Origin: an uncultured Gammaproteobacteria bacterium
GTDB lineage: Bacteria; Cyanobacteriota; Vampirovibrionia; LMEP-6097
Direction of reading: 5' to 3'
Assembly: GCA_964512985.1 (NCBI GenBank)
Contig: CAZELI010000002.1
Location: 11,252-75,251, forward strand
DNA length: 64,000 nt
Shown piece after piece: positions 26,115 to 34,591 of the stretch (position 1 is the first letter of the stretch; each line of letters opens with the position of its first letter). Under the pieces are notes generated by a model. The model made no database searches. It saw only the letters and a list, made by a program, of their open reading frames with translations, and was not told the origin of the DNA. Made by a program: the position numbers and the translations under genes.

Positions 26115-26567
26115 ATGGGGGAAGAGGACAGGAGAAATAATATAATGGCAGCGATTAACTCAACATTACAGTTAGCAAAGATTAGGAGTCAGATTGACAC
26201 TCAGCAACAGATTGTCGCTGATTTAGAGTCTGCATTGCAAGCCTCTATTTTAGGATCCCCTAACAGTCTTACACAGGGATCACTTGGAGATATAGTTGAT
26301 GATGTCCAAAAAACCTATGACAGTGTCGTAGGCGGTAGTTTTTTAGGAGCCGCTTTTAAAAGAGGTGTTGAGGAGTTCGTTAAAGATGCTAGTGGTAAAG
26401 TGCCTGATATGCACAAGATCGTACCAGAGCAAGATGTTATAAGAAGTATGCTTTATCAAGCAAGAGCACTTCTTGGTGAATTGAGAGTTGAAGAGCAGGG
26501 TTGGAATATAGAAGTACAAGAAGAAAAGGCTCGTAAAAAAGAATTAAATGAATTTGCTAAAGGCTAA
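26115..26567 (+). CDS. hypothetical protein, paralogue of the ORF at 31563-31841
   Basis: 150 aa. Its C-terminus ARALLGELRVEEQGWNIEVQEEKARKKELNEFAK aligns with VRELLGNARINQQFWMEVAKADKEAYKKANELIK of the other ORF. Confidence 0.5.
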   Translation: MGEEDRRNNIMAAINSTLQLAKIRSQIDTQQQIVADLESALQASILGSPNSLTQGSLGDIVDDVQKTYDSVVGGSFLGAAFKRGVEEFVKDASGKVPDMHKIVPEQDVIRSMLYQARALLGELRVEEQGWNIEVQEEKARKKELNEFAKG

Positions 26568-26576
26568 TCTATAGAT

Positions 26577-27440
26577 TTATATCTCATAACCTTTCATTAG
26601 TATTTTAAGTTTTTGTAATACCTTCATATGTAACTGTGAAGCTCGTGATTCAGAGACTCCCAGTACTTCACCAATCTCTCTAAATGTAAGCTTTTGATAA
26701 TGATATAAGGCTACTACTATTCTCTCTCTTGGATTGAGTGAGTCTATTGCTTTAGCTAATTTATCTTTTAATATATTCTGATCAGTGTATTCTTCTTGGC
26801 TTTGATCTTCAGAAGCAAGGTTATCTACTAAGGCAACTTTAGATTCTTCAAAAGGTCTAGTAGCTTCTGTTGAATCTAATGAGAAAATAAGTGCACTAGC
26901 TTCAGTCTTGATCTGTCTTAAATCTTCGGAGTCTATATTAAGAGCTGTTTTAACTTCAGTATCATTAGGAGCCCTACCGAATTGTCTTTCAAGCTTGGCT
27001 ACTGCTTCATTAAAGCGTTTAACCCTTGTTCTACCTGTTCTACTTAGGAAGTCTCTTGATCTTAAGAAGTCAAGAATCTCTCCTCTTACTCTATTAATCG
27101 CAAAAGTTTCAAAGGAGCATTTTTGCTGAGGATTAAATCTATCTACAGCTTCTATTAAGCCAATAGTACCGTAACCTAGTAAATCTTCTCTATCAAAGTC
27201 TGCTGTTTCGATATATGGAAAACGACCAATGACCCAATTAACAATATAGGCATAGCGTCTAATAAGTTGCTCTCTAATTTGGCCAGGTTTGTTTTGAGTG
27301 GTGTAGCGATTCCAGATGCGCATAGACTCCTCTCTGTCGCGCACATTAGCGGGGGCAATCTGAGCAAGAGTCTGAGAGTCTACTGGACTCTTCCTTGCTG
27401 AAGCTATTATTGGATCGTTGTCTATGGTTTTTTTCATCAT
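26577..27440 (-). CDS. fliA: sigma-70 family sigma factor of the FliA/sigma-28 type
   Basis: Region 2 (GYGTIGLIEAVDRFNPQQKCSFETFAINRVRGEILDFLR) and region 4.2 HTH (LTFREIGEVLGVSESRASQLHMKVLQKLK). Confidence 0.8.
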   Translation of the reverse strand: MMKKTIDNDPIIASARKSPVDSQTLAQIAPANVRDREESMRIWNRYTTQNKPGQIREQLIRRYAYIVNWVIGRFPYIETADFDREDLLGYGTIGLIEAVDRFNPQQKCSFETFAINRVRGEILDFLRSRDFLSRTGRTRVKRFNEAVAKLERQFGRAPNDTEVKTALNIDSEDLRQIKTEASALIFSLDSTEATRPFEESKVALVDNLASEDQSQEEYTDQNILKDKLAKAIDSLNPRERIVVALYHYQKLTFREIGEVLGVSESRASQLHMKVLQKLKILMKGYEI

Positions 27441-27454
27441 TTATATCTTTTTTT

Positions 27455-27817
27455 TTAAATTACCTGTAACTTTGCTTGTCTAATTGCTATCTGTTCTTCT
27501 ATGTATCTTTTTCGCTCATCTCTTTTTCGTTTTATGTCACCGAGTCTTTTTCTTTGCATATGAGCCCCTGAAACACTCCCAAGGCAATAACCAACTAAAG
27601 CGAACACCAATGAGACTAAGAAGCTTTGATAGAGAGCTTCCAGAATTTGAATACTGATGGCATCTTTAGTAGCGATTGAGCAGGTATAATGGATTGCTAG
27701 AGATAGTGACCACGCAAGGATTGCAAGCTTCACAGAAATATTTCTATACGCCTTAAGTTCACTCATCAATGTTTCTTTGAGTAATCCTCCGCTTTCTAAT
27801 ATGCCTTGTGTTGCCAA
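27455..27817 (-). CDS. hypothetical membrane protein upstream of fliA
   Basis: 120 aa with two hydrophobic helices followed by a basic coiled tail. It lies 14 nt upstream of fliA on the same strand. Confidence 0.4.
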   Translation of the reverse strand: MATQGILESGGLLKETLMSELKAYRNISVKLAILAWSLSLAIHYTCSIATKDAISIQILEALYQSFLVSLVFALVGYCLGSVSGAHMQRKRLGDIKRKRDERKRYIEEQIAIRQAKLQVI

Positions 27818-28060
27818 ATTAAACTGTCTCCAAGGGGTTTATTCCAATAAAGGCTATATGTGGTAAGTCCCTCTTATGCATGAAATTTTCAAGTAAAAAT
27901 CCAATAATAGAACTACTAATCTAGTCCTAAAGTCCAGTTAATGAGCTATTTAGATTAATCACAATAGAGAGGAGGGCTGATTATGATTATGGTGAGGTAA
28001 AGGATTAGAACTAACTGCTTATTTATATTTTTATTTAAAATCCCAATTTAGGAAGGGAAA

Positions 28061-28160
28061 GTGGGTTCCGCCGCTTCGCGGCGTTTGCGCTGCGCGCGGC
28101 TGAATGAAAGAAATTATTTAGTAGTCCGCAGGGCGAACCGCGCCGAAGGCGCGGAACCAC
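28061..28160. repeat. 100 bp GC-rich palindromic MITE-like element, copy 1
   Basis: gtgggttccgccgcttcgcggcgtttgcgctgcgcgcggc...AT-rich centre...agtccgcagggcgaaccgcgccgaaggcgcggaaccac. The termini are inverted (GGTTCCGC / GCGGAACC). Internal hairpins are gccgc-ttcg-gcggc and cgcgcc-gaa-ggcgcg. Confidence 0.85.
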
Positions 28161-28217
28161 AATATAAATAAAATCTAGAAATAGAATTGATAAGGCGATG
28201 ATTAGAAGGATTGCTTA

Positions 28218-29090
28218 TTAATCTATAAATAATAATGGTGTTAAAAAGCCGTCTAGGATTACTATTCCTACTATGACTAAAGCTGTGGCCTTAGTAGTCG
28301 TGAGTCCTACTTCTTTAGCTCCTCCACTACAATTAAGTCCCATAGTAACGCTTATTAATAATGCATAAAGGCAAAATACTTCAGTCTTGATTAATGGATA
28401 AAAATATTCTTTAAGACCTATATTCGCCCATGCAGAGTCGAGAAATTCTGCAAACTCTAGATTGATTACTAACTTAGCGACTAGCATTCCAGCAAACATG
28501 CTAACCATGGCTGCTATAGCAAGTATAAAAGGAGCTAATAGTATAGTTGCTAATACTGTAGGAACTAGTAAGAAATATAAAGGATCAATCTTAAGTACTC
28601 GAAGTACGTCAATTTGTTCTGTGACTTTCATAGTCGAGATTTCCGCTGTAAGTGCTGTACCACATCTGGCTGCTATCGCAAAGGCAATGAAAGTAGGAAT
28701 AATTTCGCGCAGGTTAGCTAATGCAATAAGCGCACCTACTAGTTCTCTACCGCCATGTTTAGTTAATTCAATTGCAGTATTATAAGTTAGTATCATACTT
28801 GCTAGTGAACAAAGAGCTATAACCATTAATATGGATTCATAGCCAATGAATAATAACTTAGAGACTAATTGCTCTTTTTGGATTTCACCACGGATTATAT
28901 ATCTAAAAGATTTAAGTAAGTATAAGATCGCTGATCCTAAAACCTCCAGGAAATTAGCTTTGTCTGAGGGAGTGGTAGTTAGATTTAACACTGATGCTAT
29001 AAAATTGTAGCGTATTCCCTGAAACTCAAGTTCATCATATAATAACTTAAGGTGCCAGACAAAAAGCACAATTACATAACTCACAACCAT
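28218..29090 (-). CDS. mlaE: MlaE/Ttg2B-type ABC transporter permease
   Basis: The central motif AARCGTALTAEISTMKVTEQIDVLRVLKIDPLYFLLVPTVLA is typical of MlaE. The true start is probably downstream of the track start, which overlaps the bamA ORF. Confidence 0.75.
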   Translation of the reverse strand: MVVSYVIVLFVWHLKLLYDELEFQGIRYNFIASVLNLTTTPSDKANFLEVLGSAILYLLKSFRYIIRGEIQKEQLVSKLLFIGYESILMVIALCSLASMILTYNTAIELTKHGGRELVGALIALANLREIIPTFIAFAIAARCGTALTAEISTMKVTEQIDVLRVLKIDPLYFLLVPTVLATILLAPFILAIAAMVSMFAGMLVAKLVINLEFAEFLDSAWANIGLKEYFYPLIKTEVFCLYALLISVTMGLNCSGGAKEVGLTTTKATALVIVGIVILDGFLTPLLFID

Positions 29091-31046
29091 ATTTCATTAA
29101 GTCAAGGCTCATTTTATAGCTGCTTCTTAGTGTTGGTTTTGTTTTGTTTGGCTTTGCCTTCTTTTGCAGAAGCGGAGGAAAATTATCAAGGTTTAGTATC
29201 TGAAATAAGAATTAGTGGTAACAGACTAGTAGATGATTCTGCAATCATTGAACAAATAAGGACTTATCCAGGTCGGTCGTTTTCTAGAGATATAGTGATT
29301 GAAGATCTTAAGCGGATCAATGAGATGGGTTATTTTGTTGCTAAAAGTGTTGAAGCCAGACCTTACCAAAAACCAGACGGCAGCATAATTCTAGAATATA
29401 TTGTCGTAGAGAATCCTCCTATCACTGATTTAGTAGTCTATGGTAATACTTTGGTAGGAGAACTCGATAGCTTCTCTTACTTTAATGGTTTGGTCGGGAA
29501 ACCGGAAAACGCTAAATTAATCTCTGAAAGAATTCAAAAGCTAGAGAGAGAATACTACTCAAAGGGCTATATAGTAGCGAGGGTAAAAGATATAGATTTA
29601 GATGAAAGTGGTCTTCTAAAAATTTATATTGATGAAGGCACTATCACTGAAATCCAATATGTTGGTAATAATTTGACTAGAACAAGTTACTTGAAACATA
29701 TAGTCTCTAATACCCAAGCTAATGAACCATATAATGAAGCTAAGTTTGCTAAGGATTATAAGAAGCTCCAAGGCTCGGGCTATTTTGAAAACGTCACCCG
29801 AGTCGTGAAACCTAATGCTGATGGGGAAGGTTACATACTTGAGATCCAGGTAAAAGAGAAGGAGAAATTTACTAGCCTAGGATTAGGAGGTGGTGTTAAC
29901 TCCTCTGCAGGTTTGTTTGGTAATGCTAATTTCTCTAAGGGTAATATTAAAGGCAAGGGAGAAACTTTAAATATTAATGCCATTCTAGGAAGTGGTTATG
30001 GAGCTGGTTCTACGTTTAACACTAATAGTAATCTAGTTCGTACTGGTAGATATACCTCTATTAGTGCATCCTATACTTCTCCGTTCTTTAAAGATAGCGA
30101 TTATATGCTTAAGGAGTTTATTAATTACTCTAAAGGACCTAATTTTACAGTGGATCTTTCTGAGCAGAGCTTGCTTTCAGCTGGTGCCTCTGTATCTAGA
30201 GCTATTGATGATAATCAAAGTATTAGTTATGGAAGCTCTTTAAACTTAATTAATGTGAAGGACAGAGATAGAAAGACTTATATAAATGAAGTGGCTGATA
30301 ATATTTTAGAGGTAGATCATCTTACTAATAGAGATCTCTTCAATGCAGATCCAGATCAATTTCTTGGTGGTAAGAGAGCTATTGCTCTTGCAGAAGCACG
30401 TGCTTTAAGAGACAGCCAGATTGTTAAAGGTAATTTTATAGACTTCACTACTAATTATGCTTATCAAGATTTAGATGATAATTCTAGACCACGAGAGGGT
30501 TTTAAGTTTAGAGCGGGTATGACTCCTACACTAGGACGCGGTGATGTAACAAGCTTCACTAAGCTACATGGAAGTGCTACTCGTTTTATACCATTGCCAT
30601 GGAGATCGACTTTTATATTTAATGTGCGTGGTGATTATGGTCTGCTCGGTACTATTCCACAGTTCTCTAAATTTAGATTGGGGACTAGCACTGGTGTTAG
30701 AGGCTATCGCCAATTTACAGAATTAGGTGTGGGTGATAAATTATTGATTTCTACTGCTGAATATAGAACTCCTATATATAATGTGATCCCTCCATTACAG
30801 AAATTCAAGCTGCTCAAGAATGTCGACTTTGCTTTATTTGCAGACGCAGGAGTTGTTGGTGGTGATAGTAGATTGAACTTAATTACTGATAGATTATCGC
30901 GCGCTGGGGCTGTTGGCTTTGGTATAAGAGTGAATGTCCCATTAGTTGGGGCCTTAAGGTTTGATGTGGGCTTCCCTTTAGTTAAAGCTCTTACAAATAA
31001 TACGAAATTATATAGATTTAACTTTGGTCCAGCGAATTTCTATTAA
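29052..31046 (+). CDS. bamA: Omp85/BamA-family outer membrane protein assembly factor
   Basis: Signal peptide, POTRA-like repeats (ISEIRISGNRLVDDSAI...) and a C-terminal beta-barrel with alternating aromatic pattern ending ...FNFGPANFY. Confidence 0.8.
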   Translation: MPDKKHNYITHNHISLSQGSFYSCFLVLVLFCLALPSFAEAEENYQGLVSEIRISGNRLVDDSAIIEQIRTYPGRSFSRDIVIEDLKRINEMGYFVAKSVEARPYQKPDGSIILEYIVVENPPITDLVVYGNTLVGELDSFSYFNGLVGKPENAKLISERIQKLEREYYSKGYIVARVKDIDLDESGLLKIYIDEGTITEIQYVGNNLTRTSYLKHIVSNTQANEPYNEAKFAKDYKKLQGSGYFENVTRVVKPNADGEGYILEIQVKEKEKFTSLGLGGGVNSSAGLFGNANFSKGNIKGKGETLNINAILGSGYGAGSTFNTNSNLVRTGRYTSISASYTSPFFKDSDYMLKEFINYSKGPNFTVDLSEQSLLSAGASVSRAIDDNQSISYGSSLNLINVKDRDRKTYINEVADNILEVDHLTNRDLFNADPDQFLGGKRAIALAEARALRDSQIVKGNFIDFTTNYAYQDLDDNSRPREGFKFRAGMTPTLGRGDVTSFTKLHGSATRFIPLPWRSTFIFNVRGDYGLLGTIPQFSKFRLGTSTGVRGYRQFTELGVGDKLLISTAEYRTPIYNVIPPLQKFKLLKNVDFALFADAGVVGGDSRLNLITDRLSRAGAVGFGIRVNVPLVGALRFDVGFPLVKALTNNTKLYRFNFGPANFY

Positions 31047-31136
31047 ATAATTTTCTGATCAAACCCATAAAACTTGGATCGGGTTTGGGTTCCGCGATTT
31101 TTTTTAGCTTTCCCTTAATCTTTCAATATATAATAC

Positions 31137-31496
31137 ATGTTATTATTAAGCCCTATGTCAAATCAAGATGAATTAAAAGATATTAATCAGGCAATGAGCG
31201 AAGACCAGCCAAAAGAAGAAATTACTGAATTAAGTGATGAGGCTAGGATTGCTTTTGCTTTATATCTCGATGTAATGAAAGAAGGTAAAGTAACCAAAGA
31301 TGGTACTAGAATACCCCCTCTAAATACTCATAAGATCTCTAGATTGGCAGAAGTTAACGCTAAACAAGTATCTAAAGGTTTTGATAGATTGAGAACCAAG
31401 GGTTTCCTCAATAATGATGATAATGGTGATTTATATATTCCTGATATTATAGCGTTTGAAGATTGGCTTAAATCAGAAGGTGCTGCCATCGTTTAA
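31137..31496 (+). CDS. hypothetical protein with a possible winged-helix DNA-binding segment
   Basis: 119 aa. The segment HKISRLAEVNAKQVSKGFDRLRTKGFL resembles a wHTH recognition helix plus wing. Confidence 0.4.
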   Translation: MLLLSPMSNQDELKDINQAMSEDQPKEEITELSDEARIAFALYLDVMKEGKVTKDGTRIPPLNTHKISRLAEVNAKQVSKGFDRLRTKGFLNNDDNGDLYIPDIIAFEDWLKSEGAAIV

Positions 31497-31562
31497 GAAT
31501 ATAAGTTTTATTTCTTTTCCGTTAACCAAAGCATAAACTTCATAGTTTATATATACTGCATC

Positions 31563-31841
31563 ATGGCAATATATCAACATGTTCCGTATATAAACCCTGC
31601 TGAAAGAATGGCTGACGCAGAGGCTCTCGTCTCCCAGACACAAGCAGATAACGCATTTGCTGAGCAATTACAACAACAAGCAATATTAGGAGTTGGTGAT
31701 GCGCAAGCAGCAAGACAGTTACTCGCAGTAGTAAGAGAGCTCTTGGGTAATGCAAGAATCAATCAACAATTTTGGATGGAAGTCGCTAAGGCTGACAAAG
31801 AAGCTTACAAGAAAGCAAACGAACTTATTAAGAGTACATAA
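31563..31841 (+). CDS. hypothetical protein, short paralogue of 26115-26567
   Basis: 92 aa with shared QxxILG and RxLLGxxR(I/V)xxQxW...EV...K.A.KK..NE motifs. Antisense ORFs of similar length exist, but the paralogy supports the plus strand. Confidence 0.5.
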   Translation: MAIYQHVPYINPAERMADAEALVSQTQADNAFAEQLQQQAILGVGDAQAARQLLAVVRELLGNARINQQFWMEVAKADKEAYKKANELIKST

Positions 31842-31850
31842 AGGATAGAT

Positions 31851-32327
31851 ATGATAACTTACAACAACGCACCGCCAGAAACTAATTACCTGGACTGGGA
31901 ATTACAAGCAGACTTCAACGATCGTGCATTAAAACAGCTCTCTGCAAGTAACTTTCAGGATATTTTCAATATGACGAAGAGAATTTCTGAAGTTGAAACT
32001 AAGATGGGTAAGATTAAGTTTCGTGCTCAGGGTATCGGTGGTATGCTCGGTATCGCTGCTGGAGCTATGGGTGGTCCACTTGGTAGTGTTATCGGATTTG
32101 GTGTAGGTAGATCTATTGGTGGATTTGTTGGTAATGCATTGTCTAATAAATACTATGGCGAAGAGCAGATGACTATTAATGAGAACCTATTCATGGCTCG
32201 CCAAAGAGACACTCAGATCAAATATATGATTGGTGAATTTGACGGACTTCAAAGCACTCTTGGAACTCTACGTCAGAACGCCATCAACGACGATAAGAAA
32301 ATCATACAGGACATGATGGTCCTATAG
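31851..32327 (+). CDS. hypothetical glycine-zipper membrane protein
   Basis: 158 aa with the central segment GIGGMLGIAAGAMGGPLGSVIGFGVGRSIGGFVG. It starts 9 nt after the preceding ORF. Confidence 0.45.
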   Translation: MITYNNAPPETNYLDWELQADFNDRALKQLSASNFQDIFNMTKRISEVETKMGKIKFRAQGIGGMLGIAAGAMGGPLGSVIGFGVGRSIGGFVGNALSNKYYGEEQMTINENLFMARQRDTQIKYMIGEFDGLQSTLGTLRQNAINDDKKIIQDMMVL

Positions 32328-32363
32328 TATTTAACAATTCTCCCTCCCTCCCAAAAATAAAAG

Positions 32364-32390
32364 GACCAGCTTTCGGGCTGGTCTTTTTAT
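32364..32390 (+). terminator. rho-independent terminator
   Basis: A gaccagc-tttcgg-gctggtc hairpin followed by TTTTTATTT, 37 nt after the stop at 32327. Confidence 0.7.
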
Positions 32391-32458
32391 TTGTAGTAAT
32401 TACGTAACTATTCAGATCTTTATGTATATTTCTATTTTATCCCTAGAACCGGGATGGG

Positions 32459-32558
32459 GTGGGGTTCCGCCGCTTCGCGGCGTTTGCGCTGCGCGCGGCT
32501 TAATATAATGAATTATTTAGCAGTCCGCAGGACAAACGCGCCGAAGGCGCGTAATCAC
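32459..32558. repeat. 100 bp GC-rich palindromic element, copy 2 (degenerate right terminus)
   Basis: The left half is identical to copy 1 (ggttccgccgcttcgcggcgtttgcgctgcgcgcggct). The right end reads gcgtaatcac instead of gcggaaccac. Confidence 0.85.
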
Positions 32559-32617
32559 AACATAAAATGAAATTTAGATAAATCAATGATTATTTGATTA
32601 GCTGAGTAGTTACGTAA

Positions 32618-33145
32618 TTATTTCTTTGGATAATTTAAAGGTTGATTTAATTCATCAACAGGCCCAATGTAATCCTTGCGTAGCGGGAATCCTTCCCATT
32701 TATCTGGGTTGAGTATTCTAGTGAGATTAGGATGTCCTTCGTACTCTATGCCAATCATGTCGTAAGCTTCACGTTCTTGCCAATTAGCACTTGCAAATAT
32801 ATCTGTAAGGCTTGGCACTATTGGTTTATTACGCGGTACTGTTACTTTCAATGCTACAGCGGCTCTAGCCGAACCATCTATACCAAGATTCTCTAATCTA
32901 GTGATAGATTGATAACCATCTTTAACTTCAAGTGCTGTTATAAAATTTAAGAAATCTAACTTTTTAGATTTCTTAAGATCTTTACAAGCTTGCACTAAGT
33001 CCGCTGCTTCTATTGCAATCATCTCTGTGCCACTCTTATCGTTGCCAAGAGCTTTGATCTTAAGACCTTTTTCTTTTAGAAAATTTCCAAACTCACCAAA
33101 TTCTATAGCTGGAGTTTCTGCTGCTACTGCTGCTGTTTCTGACAT
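32618..33145 (-). CDS. nuoC: NADH-quinone oxidoreductase subunit C / NdhJ-like
   Basis: 175 aa with the 30 kDa subunit signature region ANWQEREAYDMIGIEYEGHPNLTRIL. Confidence 0.85.
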   Translation of the reverse strand: MSETAAVAAETPAIEFGEFGNFLKEKGLKIKALGNDKSGTEMIAIEAADLVQACKDLKKSKKLDFLNFITALEVKDGYQSITRLENLGIDGSARAAVALKVTVPRNKPIVPSLTDIFASANWQEREAYDMIGIEYEGHPNLTRILNPDKWEGFPLRKDYIGPVDELNQPLNYPKK

Positions 33146-33201
33146 AATCTATAGAATAACATTGGAATAGAATTTGTTGTATGTATTAATAGATTAGATT
33201 G

Positions 33202-33618
33202 TTACATGTTGCCACTGGAAAGAAATTCATCTGGGGTCATTACTGGAAGTTTAGACAATTTAAAGTCTTTTTTGTTACGAGTAATGATGCAATCTACTTT
33301 TCCTCTTAAAGCGGTAAAATATTGAACAGCATCTTCAAAATCCTTAAATTCTGAGTTTAAAGCTAAGTCAATTTCTTCATTATTGGAAGCAATAATATCA
33401 ATGATTGATCTTAATTTAGTCAAGTTAGCCTTAACTTGTTTTGGAGGCGCTTGTTGAGATAGAAAATAATTAACATTAGTAAAAACTACTGCAGAAGAAA
33501 ATGCTTTTAATCTTTCTCTATAGGCAAGTTCTAAAATTTTAGCGGAAGATTCATAAAATGATTTTCTAGCCAAGAAAAAATCCAAAATTACATCAGAATC
33601 AATAAAAACTTTTCTCAT
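33202..33618 (-). CDS. vapC: PIN-domain toxin (VapC-like)
   Basis: 138 aa with an N-terminal FIDSDVILDF acidic motif and a C-terminal ITRNKKDF. It overlaps the upstream antitoxin ORF by 1 nt. Confidence 0.8.
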   Translation of the reverse strand: MRKVFIDSDVILDFFLARKSFYESSAKILELAYRERLKAFSSAVVFTNVNYFLSQQAPPKQVKANLTKLRSIIDIIASNNEEIDLALNSEFKDFEDAVQYFTALRGKVDCIITRNKKDFKLSKLPVMTPDEFLSSGNM

Positions 33619-33872
33619 TACCTGTTACCATATTTTTTTTGAATGGCGGCTTTAATTTCTTTTTTATAATTACCAGAGGTCTTGATATTTTTAAATGCAC
33701 CTCCCATCTCCGCAACTATGCCTGTGGGAGTAATATCTTCCTTAGAATCAGAAACTAATAATAAAAAATAATTTTCAACTAAATCTGAAATATTTTGGTC
33801 TGTTTTAGTTGCATATTTCTTAACCCTTTGTATTATATTTTCATTAATACTCAAAGTCAATTTCTTGTTCAT
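33618..33872 (-). CDS. small antitoxin-like protein (VapB position)
   Basis: 84 aa ORF directly upstream of and overlapping the PIN gene. Confidence 0.6.
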   Translation of the reverse strand: MNKKLTLSINENIIQRVKKYATKTDQNISDLVENYFLLLVSDSKEDITPTGIVAEMGGAFKNIKTSGNYKKEIKAAIQKKYGNR

Positions 33873-33900
33873 ACGTATAATTATACCATTTTCGTACGTA
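33872..33900 (-). promoter_or_regulatory. putative vapB promoter/operator: extended -10 TGGTATAAT (minus strand, 33880-33888) flanked by two TACGTA hexamers
   Basis: tacgta occurs at 33872-33877 and 33895-33900. The -10 ends 7 nt before the ATG (33870-33872), which implies a leaderless or near-leaderless mRNA. Confidence 0.4.
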
Positions 33901-33988
33901 CAGTAAACTTCCCTAACCTAATTTAAATAGAAATTTATATATATTTATATATTGTGCCTTCTATAATTATTTGTTATTGTCTTGAGCT

Positions 33989-34591
33989 ATGGAGTTAATA
34001 TCATTGCAGGGATTGGGTAAAGTTTTTAGTCATTTGGCAAAAACTAACCCTATTTTAGTTCAGGATTTTCGCGATAATGTCCATCAGGTATCCGCTATTC
34101 TAAAAGCACCGCCTGCTCATCAAAGAGACCCTGCGCCAACTGCTAAATTTTTATCAGAACTTTTTAAGCCTCGTGAGGGTTGCCCCTTTGTCGGAATTTC
34201 TAGTAGCTTATTAGATGGTAGTACTAGGTATTTCTCTAACTTTAACCCAATAAAATTAAATTCAATATATCTTGATAATCCAAAGTTGTTTCTAGACAAT
34301 GAAAATCTTCTTAAGAGAGTTATTAGTATAACTGTTGATCATAAAAATGATAAGCATAGTTATTTTCACTTTCATTTGGGAGATGATCAAGCTTGTTGTC
34401 TTGAAGTTACGGAGTTGAATAATCAAACGGATCCTTATCAGGCGGCAACTGTTTGTCTTAATAAAGGTACGGAAGTTAAGGTTGATATAGAACATGGTCC
34501 AGCAGTTTCGCTAGCTGATAGTAATTTATCGAGATTGTTGATTATGAAAGATTCTTTATTGCTCCAACGAGAGCTTGCTCAAGCTAACTAA
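33989..34591 (+). CDS. hypothetical protein
   Basis: 200 aa ORF with no recognised motif. It is on the opposite strand to the flanking ndh/vap genes and overlaps the nuoB 3' end by 8 nt. Confidence 0.35.
   Translation: MELISLQGLGKVFSHLAKTNPILVQDFRDNVHQVSAILKAPPAHQRDPAPTAKFLSELFKPREGCPFVGISSSLLDGSTRYFSNFNPIKLNSIYLDNPKLFLDNENLLKRVISITVDHKNDKHSYFHFHLGDDQACCLEVTELNNQTDPYQAATVCLNKGTEVKVDIEHGPAVSLADSNLSRLLIMKDSLLLQRELAQAN

Noticed and set aside
28462-28785. 107 aa plus-strand ORF
   Set aside because: It is antisense to mlaE, whose central motif is diagnostic.
31087-31096. 10 bp match (gggttccgcg) to the left terminus of the GC-rich element, downstream of bamA
   Set aside because: It is too short to separate from chance. 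The local aaaccc...gggttt hairpin plus T-run is adequately explained as a bamA terminator.
31473-31762. Three 62-64 aa minus-strand ORFs opposite the 92 aa gene
   Set aside because: This locus is open in several frames. I chose the plus strand because its product is paralogous to 26115-26567 and is co-directional with tightly spaced neighbours. Confidence is still only moderate.
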